Below are positions 14,734 to 20,000 of a stretch of DNA of 20,000 bases, one piece after another (within the stretch, counting starts at the first letter, position 1; the number at the start of each line of letters is the position of its first letter). Under the pieces are notes generated by a model, which had not been told where the DNA came from, made no database searches, and saw nothing but the letters and a program-made list of their open reading frames with translations. Location of the stretch: IMG/VR virus record IMGVR_UViG_3300032053_000012; one strand, written 5' to 3'. Source of the DNA: an uncultured virus (IMG/VR IMGVR_UViG_3300032053_000012). Lineage: Duplodnaviria; Heunggongvirae; Uroviricota; Caudoviricetes. Position numbers and translations under genes: made by a program.

Positions 14734-15440
14734 TCGACGACCCGGAGAAGACGCGCGCGAAGCTCGACGCACTGGCCGACTACGCCGCGCAGGTCGTGGC
14801 TGGGGCGAAGCTGAACCTGCGGAGCATGACGCGTGAGCCGCCGATCAACGTGCGGAGGGAGGAGGCGCGCGCACCCGAGCCTTGGCGGGACAGATACGAT
14901 CGACACGGCAGGCCATACTCGGTCGAGGTGCACGTCAGCGTGGTCATGCCAGACAACCCGAACGGGACGACCGGCTTCCCTGTGTTCCGAGCGAAGATGG
15001 GAAGACTCACCGCCTTCGGACCCACTGAAAAGTGGGGCGTGGTCGTGCAGCTCGGGCGCAGGTCTCCGGGCCGCGAGGCGCCCGAGGCCAAGACGCTCCC
15101 GAGCAAGGCGGCGGTGCGCAGGGCGGTGCTCGAAGCGGTCGAGCCGTACCTGCCGAGGGTGGGAGCGCGCGCGGACCCGCGCGAGGTCGCCGCGTTCGTG
15201 GCCGCCCAATCCTACATGGACCTCGAGCGGTCAGAGCGGTCAGAGCCGGGAGAGGTCCCTGGCACGCACCTCCGCTTCGCGACGCGGCAGCACGGCAGCG
15301 TCGGCGACGGGCGACCCGGGCGGGAGGACGTGCTGCACGCGCGCGAGCTCAAACGGGCACTGCATGCCGAGTACGGCCGGCGCGTCCGGGTAGCGGTGGA
15401 CACGGTCGACGAATGGACCGACCTCACCGTAGAGGTCTAG
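14724..15440 (+). CDS. Hypothetical protein
   Basis: AAGGAGG SD before ATG 14724 (MALIDDPEK...). Confidence 0.78.
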   Translation: MALIDDPEKTRAKLDALADYAAQVVAGAKLNLRSMTREPPINVRREEARAPEPWRDRYDRHGRPYSVEVHVSVVMPDNPNGTTGFPVFRAKMGRLTAFGPTEKWGVVVQLGRRSPGREAPEAKTLPSKAAVRRAVLEAVEPYLPRVGARADPREVAAFVAAQSYMDLERSERSEPGEVPGTHLRFATRQHGSVGDGRPGREDVLHARELKRALHAEYGRRVRVAVDTVDEWTDLTVEV

Positions 15441-15449
15441 GATGGGGGC

Positions 15450-15722
15450 ATGTCCGTAGGACGACGAGCACCAGCCCGACCCCGACCAGCGTACCCGCTG
15501 AGCCAGGAGGAGGTCGAACGCGTGTATGACGCGCTCGTCGAGATCAACGCGGGGAACCAGGAAATAATCGAGGCGATGGCGATCCTCATGGCCGGCTTCG
15601 GCGACAACGCGCTCGAGAGTATGGGGGAGGGCAAGCAGAGTGACCGCGAGCAGCGCGCCGCGGCGAAGCGCTACTACGCCGTCTCGAAGGCGCTCCACGA
15701 CCTCGTCGGTCGACTCCCGTAA
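15450..15722 (+). CDS. Small hypothetical protein
   Basis: GGGGG upstream of ATG; helical 90 aa; fits between neighbours. Confidence 0.68.
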   Translation: MSVGRRAPARPRPAYPLSQEEVERVYDALVEINAGNQEIIEAMAILMAGFGDNALESMGEGKQSDREQRAAAKRYYAVSKALHDLVGRLP

Positions 15723-15729
15723 GGAAAAC

Positions 15730-16587
15730 ATGCCCACGATCCAGATCCTGCCTGCGCCGACGCCGTCTCCCATGCCGTCCATCGGAGGGCGCGTCTTCCT
15801 GTGGGACTCCTCGACGACGTGGGACGTGATCTACGCCGCGGTCGTCGCGTCGGGAGGCGGTGCGGTCGTGCTCGTGCAGAACGACGGGATCAGTTCGAGG
15901 GAAATGACCCCGCTTCCTGGCGGCGGCGACACCGATCTGTCAAACATCCTGTTTGTCGGTCTGCTCGGGAGCGACGGGAAGCCGCCGACGATCCAGATCG
16001 ACAGCCTGGGCGCCGGCGGGTTCTCGCTCGGCGGCAACCACAACATCACGTCGAAGGACATCGACTGGGCGACGTACTACCGGATCGGGAGCGGGAGCCC
16101 GGCGTGCTGGCGGTTCGATGGCGGGAGCATGGCCTCTGCCACCGCGAGCGACGCCTACAACGCGCTCAGCTTCAAGTTCGTGCTGCACAACCGAGCGATC
16201 GTCGACGGCAGCGCGTGCACGGATGGACTCGTCACCGGGACAAACCAGGGGGCGAGCGTCTACATGACGACCTCGTCGCAACTCGGTCCGAAGGTGATCT
16301 TCTGCATGAAGGGTCTCCCGCCATACCCGACGTGGAGCGTGGAGCGCGACTCCTCCTGCTCACTCGACCCAAACGCGTTCCTCAACCCGGCAGGCGGCGG
16401 CACGCTGATCGACACGCTCTCGGACAAGAGCCAGTTCGTCGATCCATCGCGAGGGCCTACGCTCGCGAGGCCCACCCCCGCGTTCCCAGGCATCCTCGTG
16501 GGCCAGCAATACTTCGACACCGACCTCGGCTACCCGATCTGGTGGGACGGCAGCCAGTGGATCGACGCTAACGGCACGCCTGTGTAA
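15730..16587 (+). CDS. Putative tail fibre/spike-type structural protein
   Basis: AAGGA SD; G/S/T-rich beta-type sequence; C-terminal GPTLARP...GQQYFDTDLGYPIWWDGSQWIDANG module typical of phage fibre/spike proteins. Confidence 0.7.
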   Translation: MPTIQILPAPTPSPMPSIGGRVFLWDSSTTWDVIYAAVVASGGGAVVLVQNDGISSREMTPLPGGGDTDLSNILFVGLLGSDGKPPTIQIDSLGAGGFSLGGNHNITSKDIDWATYYRIGSGSPACWRFDGGSMASATASDAYNALSFKFVLHNRAIVDGSACTDGLVTGTNQGASVYMTTSSQLGPKVIFCMKGLPPYPTWSVERDSSCSLDPNAFLNPAGGGTLIDTLSDKSQFVDPSRGPTLARPTPAFPGILVGQQYFDTDLGYPIWWDGSQWIDANGTPV

Positions 16588-16605
16588 GCTCAAAGGAAAA
16601 ACACA

Positions 16606-17841
16606 ATGCCAGTAATCCCCATCCTTCCCGCTCCTACCCCATCTGGTGGAGCAGGCTTTCCGGTACTCGACAGCGTCTTCCTGGTTGAGAACGTCGTCGA
16701 TACGACCAAGCAATTCAACACGAACCTAAGCGGTCAAGGTCCTGGGACGACGACGACGCTGCGCACTACTGCGACGATCAGTCGTCCGTTTCGACTGCCG
16801 GACATTTCAGGCACCGCGATCGTTCAGGAAGACGCGACCGGCCAAGTTTTCATGGGGATTGGCGTCACGACGTCGCTTCACGGTTCAAACGCCGGACTTC
16901 AGTACAGCACCACGACGCCGAACCGCGCGCAGTTCCGAGAGAATCAGTACGGAGCGAACACCGCAGGCGCAGGGATTACGACGTTCAAGAGCAGAAACGC
17001 CGTGATCGGTGCGCTTGGCGCCGTGCTCCCCGGCGATCTAGTCGGACGCTGGACCTCGATTGGAGTCCCCGCGAACGGCGTGAGTCTGAACCTGTCCGCC
17101 TTGATTTCGGTGCAGGTACCAACCGCGTACGTGCCCGTGATTACCGATGCATTTCTGCCTACCGAATTTGAGATCGCGCTTGTCCCGATCACCGCCACGA
17201 CTGGCACGCGCCCGGTTTTCAAAGTCTCAAGCGACGGCGAGACGCAGACGCTACGAGGCAGCCGCGCCGGCGGCCCCTCGACGCTTCCGGCCGCCCTTGG
17301 CGCCGGCGCGCTTCGCTCGTCCGATGCCGTGCTACCCAACGGCGCGATCGTCGGAAGTCCTGGAGATTTCTACACCGAGACGACCACCGGAACCGCTTGG
17401 ATCAAGGAAACCGGGATCGGCACAAACACGGGATGGGTTTCGGCTCGTACGCCGCAAAACCTACAATTTGCAGGCACTATCATTGGTGCAGGCGCCGCCG
17501 TGCCTGGGTTCCTCTCAAATAGTGCGTTCACCGCTACCGGCCCGGTGGCGCCGTCCTATCGACGTGGCACCGCGAGTCGCTTCCTACAAGTCTCCTGGAA
17601 CATCACGATCAACACTTTGGCCGTGACCTCGAGCCTGCAGGTATTACGCAATGGCGTGGTGATCCCAGGCTGGCCCCTCTTTCTCATCCTCGCCGGAAGC
17701 CTTGGCGGCCCTACCAATTTCGGCGGCACGTTCACCGTCGCATTTGCTCCCGGCGATACGATCGACGTCTCGTTTGGCTCGAACGGCCCAGCGATCGGAC
17801 AGACAGCACAAATCGCAGTGTCGATCGATCTCATCCCATGA
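16606..17841 (+). CDS. Putative tail fibre-type structural protein
   Basis: AAGGA SD; 411 aa G/T/A-rich; PNGAIVGSPGDFY...WIKETGIGTNTGW resembles a common phage fibre motif; lower GC than the flanks. Confidence 0.68.
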   Translation: MPVIPILPAPTPSGGAGFPVLDSVFLVENVVDTTKQFNTNLSGQGPGTTTTLRTTATISRPFRLPDISGTAIVQEDATGQVFMGIGVTTSLHGSNAGLQYSTTTPNRAQFRENQYGANTAGAGITTFKSRNAVIGALGAVLPGDLVGRWTSIGVPANGVSLNLSALISVQVPTAYVPVITDAFLPTEFEIALVPITATTGTRPVFKVSSDGETQTLRGSRAGGPSTLPAALGAGALRSSDAVLPNGAIVGSPGDFYTETTTGTAWIKETGIGTNTGWVSARTPQNLQFAGTIIGAGAAVPGFLSNSAFTATGPVAPSYRRGTASRFLQVSWNITINTLAVTSSLQVLRNGVVIPGWPLFLILAGSLGGPTNFGGTFTVAFAPGDTIDVSFGSNGPAIGQTAQIAVSIDLIP

Positions 17842-17872
17842 ACTGAGCGAAATCGAAAAGGGAGATTCTTCA

Positions 17873-18340
17873 ATGAGCAAGTACCAACAGCAGTCCGTCC
17901 TGAAGCCGAGCCTGATCACCGCTGGGGAAGACGAGGTCGTCCCGCTCCTGTTCGGGGCGGTGATGATCGACTCGACGGTCGAGGTCGCGACGTTCTCGGA
18001 CGCGCTGTCGCACGACCTCGGCGTGATCGCGTTCCAGGACGCGCGCACCAACGCGGGCCTCGTGTTCGTCACGGCGCACGACGACGCGGGTAGCCGGCGC
18101 GCGCTGACGGAGGCGCTGTTCAGCGTCTCGAGGTTCGGGTCGGGGCCGGTCGCGCTGGCGGCGATCCCGGTGCCGCAGGTGGGCAACGGCTATTACCCGG
18201 ACGTGGTCCCGTGGAACACGATCACGGCAGACGTAGTCGACCCGTCGCCGAGCAGCATCGGAGTACGGGTCAAGGGCCTCGCGGGCGTGTCGATCCGGTG
18301 GAAGGTAAGCGTGATGGTCTTCGGCACGCAGTCGAAGTAG
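17873..18340 (+). CDS. Hypothetical protein, possibly virion-associated
   Basis: AAGGGAG SD before ATG 17873; beta-rich composition; follows the fibre genes. Confidence 0.72.
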   Translation: MSKYQQQSVLKPSLITAGEDEVVPLLFGAVMIDSTVEVATFSDALSHDLGVIAFQDARTNAGLVFVTAHDDAGSRRALTEALFSVSRFGSGPVALAAIPVPQVGNGYYPDVVPWNTITADVVDPSPSSIGVRVKGLAGVSIRWKVSVMVFGTQSK

Positions 18341-18347
18341 GAAGGCG

Positions 18348-18875
18348 ATGACCGTCACCCTCTGGCACGGAGCGCAGCGCTGGACGGGGCCGCCGCGGAT
18401 CCTACCGGCCAAGACACACAAGGACGTCGAGTACGGCCCCGGGTTCTACCTCACGACTAGCCCCGAGGTCGCGCGTAAGTACGCGAAGGGCGGGGGCAGA
18501 CTTCTCCGCTTCGAGGTCGAGACACCGCTGGTCTGGGTCGACTCCGTGCGCGTGCCAGCGAAGGACGTGATCCGCTTCGTGCGCGAAGTGCCGAGACTGA
18601 AGCAGAGGAAGGCCCTGCTCGACGACGTCGTAGAACACGCACTGCGCGCCGAGCAAGCCGGGCGATCCGGGGTCGTCGCCGACGTACTCGGCAACCTAAT
18701 GAACTACTACAAGACCGACCACGGCGAGCCAGGCGTCGAGCTTGTGAGGTTCTACCTAGACCACGGGATCGACGCCGCTCGCGTGACCCGCAAGGGTCTC
18801 GCTGGACAAGACGAGTACGTGATCCTCTACGACCTGAGCAAGATCAAGGCGTGGACTATGCAGTCGTCGAAGTAG
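18348..18875 (+). CDS. ADP-ribosyltransferase-fold protein (H-Y-E type)
   Basis: LWHG, YGPGFYLTT, ARKYA and GIDA...DEYVI in the canonical ART strand order. Confidence 0.75.
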   Translation: MTVTLWHGAQRWTGPPRILPAKTHKDVEYGPGFYLTTSPEVARKYAKGGGRLLRFEVETPLVWVDSVRVPAKDVIRFVREVPRLKQRKALLDDVVEHALRAEQAGRSGVVADVLGNLMNYYKTDHGEPGVELVRFYLDHGIDAARVTRKGLAGQDEYVILYDLSKIKAWTMQSSK

Positions 18876-18890
18876 GAGTAGGAGGCAGAG

Positions 18891-19133
18891 ATGACCAAGC
18901 GAGCGAGTCCGCGTTACGTCCTGACGCCCGTGTCGAAGAAGACGGGGAAGCGACTGACTTTCTACGTCAGCCGCAAGGACGTCAACAAAGTGACGAGGGG
19001 GCCAGGCGTGAAGGGCGTGGTCACCGATCTCGACACGAAGGAGACATACCGCATCGAGGGCAAGGAGTGCCCCATTCCTGGCTGCTACTGCGACGCGTAC
19101 GCGACGCGTCTCTCGAACTCTGGGCCGAAGTGA
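18891..19133 (+). CDS. Small basic hypothetical protein with C-terminal Cys cluster
   Basis: AGGAGG SD; CPIPGCYCD. Confidence 0.78.
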   Translation: MTKRASPRYVLTPVSKKTGKRLTFYVSRKDVNKVTRGPGVKGVVTDLDTKETYRIEGKECPIPGCYCDAYATRLSNSGPK

Positions 19134-19137
19134 CGAC

Positions 19138-19977
19138 GTGCGACGCGAGGACAACCGTCGTGTCGGCGGGGGGCACACGTTCTCGCGTGGGTCGCGTGGA
19201 CGACTGAGCGAAAATCACGCTCGCCCCATCCCGGTCGACAAGCGGCTCGTCGAGCAGGACGCCGTCCGCCTCGACCGAGCCCTGCGACTCCACCTGGAGG
19301 AGCGCGAGCGTCGCCTCGGCGACTGGAAGATCGGCGCCACGAACCCAGGCTGGCCGCTCGTCGAGATCGCCGCGCAGCACCTCGCCGAGCTGAGAGAGGT
19401 ACGGAAGGGTAGTGCGCGCACGCTCTCCGGACTGAGACTCGAGGTGCGCTCCCGGGACAGCGACAGACCGTCCGTGTTCCTCGGAGGCCAGTACGAGGGC
19501 GGGCGAGACCCGAGGATCGTGTTCGTACTGAACGGCGCGCGTACGCCCGCCGAGGTGCTCAAGTACGACGTCCTCGGCTACGTCGCGAAGGTCCTCCTGC
19601 ACGAGGTCACGCACGCGATCGACGTCCTGCCGCGTGAGAGCAGTTCGCAGGCGCAGAGGTACGCGGAGGCGACGGAGTCGATAAGGATCGGCGCCGCGGG
19701 ACAGCGGGAGTTCGTCGCGTACTACAACGACCCGATGGAGGTACGCGCGTTCATGCAGATGGTGGTCGACGAGGCGAGGCAGATCGGCCCTCGGCTCCGC
19801 TTCCCGAGGGGGGCGAGCCCGCGGTTCTACGTCGAGGCCGTGCTGCGGCAGAGTCCGACGTGGACGACGATCGAGCCTCACCTGCGCCGTGAGAACTACC
19901 GGAGGATCCTCAAGGCGGTGGTGACCGCGCTTGAGCAGACTCCGGGGACGAGCCTTCACACCACGACGACGAAGTAG
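19138..19977 (+). CDS. Zincin-like metallopeptidase-domain protein; start uncertain
   Basis: LLHEVTHAID (HExxH) with downstream YYNDPMEVRAF supplying a likely third Glu ligand. Confidence 0.72.
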   Translation: MRREDNRRVGGGHTFSRGSRGRLSENHARPIPVDKRLVEQDAVRLDRALRLHLEERERRLGDWKIGATNPGWPLVEIAAQHLAELREVRKGSARTLSGLRLEVRSRDSDRPSVFLGGQYEGGRDPRIVFVLNGARTPAEVLKYDVLGYVAKVLLHEVTHAIDVLPRESSSQAQRYAEATESIRIGAAGQREFVAYYNDPMEVRAFMQMVVDEARQIGPRLRFPRGASPRFYVEAVLRQSPTWTTIEPHLRRENYRRILKAVVTALEQTPGTSLHTTTTK

Positions 19978-20000
19978 CGAGCTCGCGCGCGGTAGCGTTC

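Larger units (their letters stand above)
1..20000 (+). mobile_element. Phage/prophage genome segment (early DNA-modification module followed by probable virion-associated genes)
   Basis: Unidirectional tightly packed small ORFs with about 20 ATGA/GTGA overlaps; phage-type C5 MTase, HNH, MazG-like, ThyA, QueC/DpdA-like, Mom-like and tail-fibre motifs; no housekeeping operon. No integrase or att site in the window, so free phage versus prophage cannot be decided. Confidence 0.88.

Noticed and set aside
19977..20000. GCGAGCTCGC palindrome as a terminator
   Set aside because: No loop or U-tract, and it is cut by the window end.

Overview
GC-rich (hand-counted 60-nt lines about 68-75%, with local dips to about 48-60%), gene-dense segment of a phage or prophage. 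All credible genes are on the + strand and most are joined by ATGA/GTGA stop-start overlaps. Bases 1-13.7 kb form one apparent early/DNA-metabolism operon of many small hypotheticals plus several recognisable genes: (i) the 3' part of a C5-cytosine DNA methyltransferase coded in two overlapping frames (motif IX plus 8 WPTP repeats in one, two CCHC-like knuckles plus motif X in the other; M.EcoHK31I-like); (ii) a minimal AEP/primase-like protein followed by an HNH endonuclease; (iii) a MazG-like protein; (iv) a rearranged thyA with a foreign N-terminus, whose IWDEWA...GDLG segment lies inverted on the minus strand; (v) a queC - unknown - dpdA/TGT-like - Mom-like GNAT cassette, a candidate 7-deazaguanine DNA hypermodification system. 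After a 14-bp tandem duplication at about 13.74 kb come hypotheticals, two tail-fibre-like proteins sharing an N-terminal peptide, an ADP-ribosyltransferase-fold protein and a zincin-like HExxH protein. No RNA genes, CRISPR arrays or IS elements were seen. All family calls come from motif recognition by eye; no searches were run.
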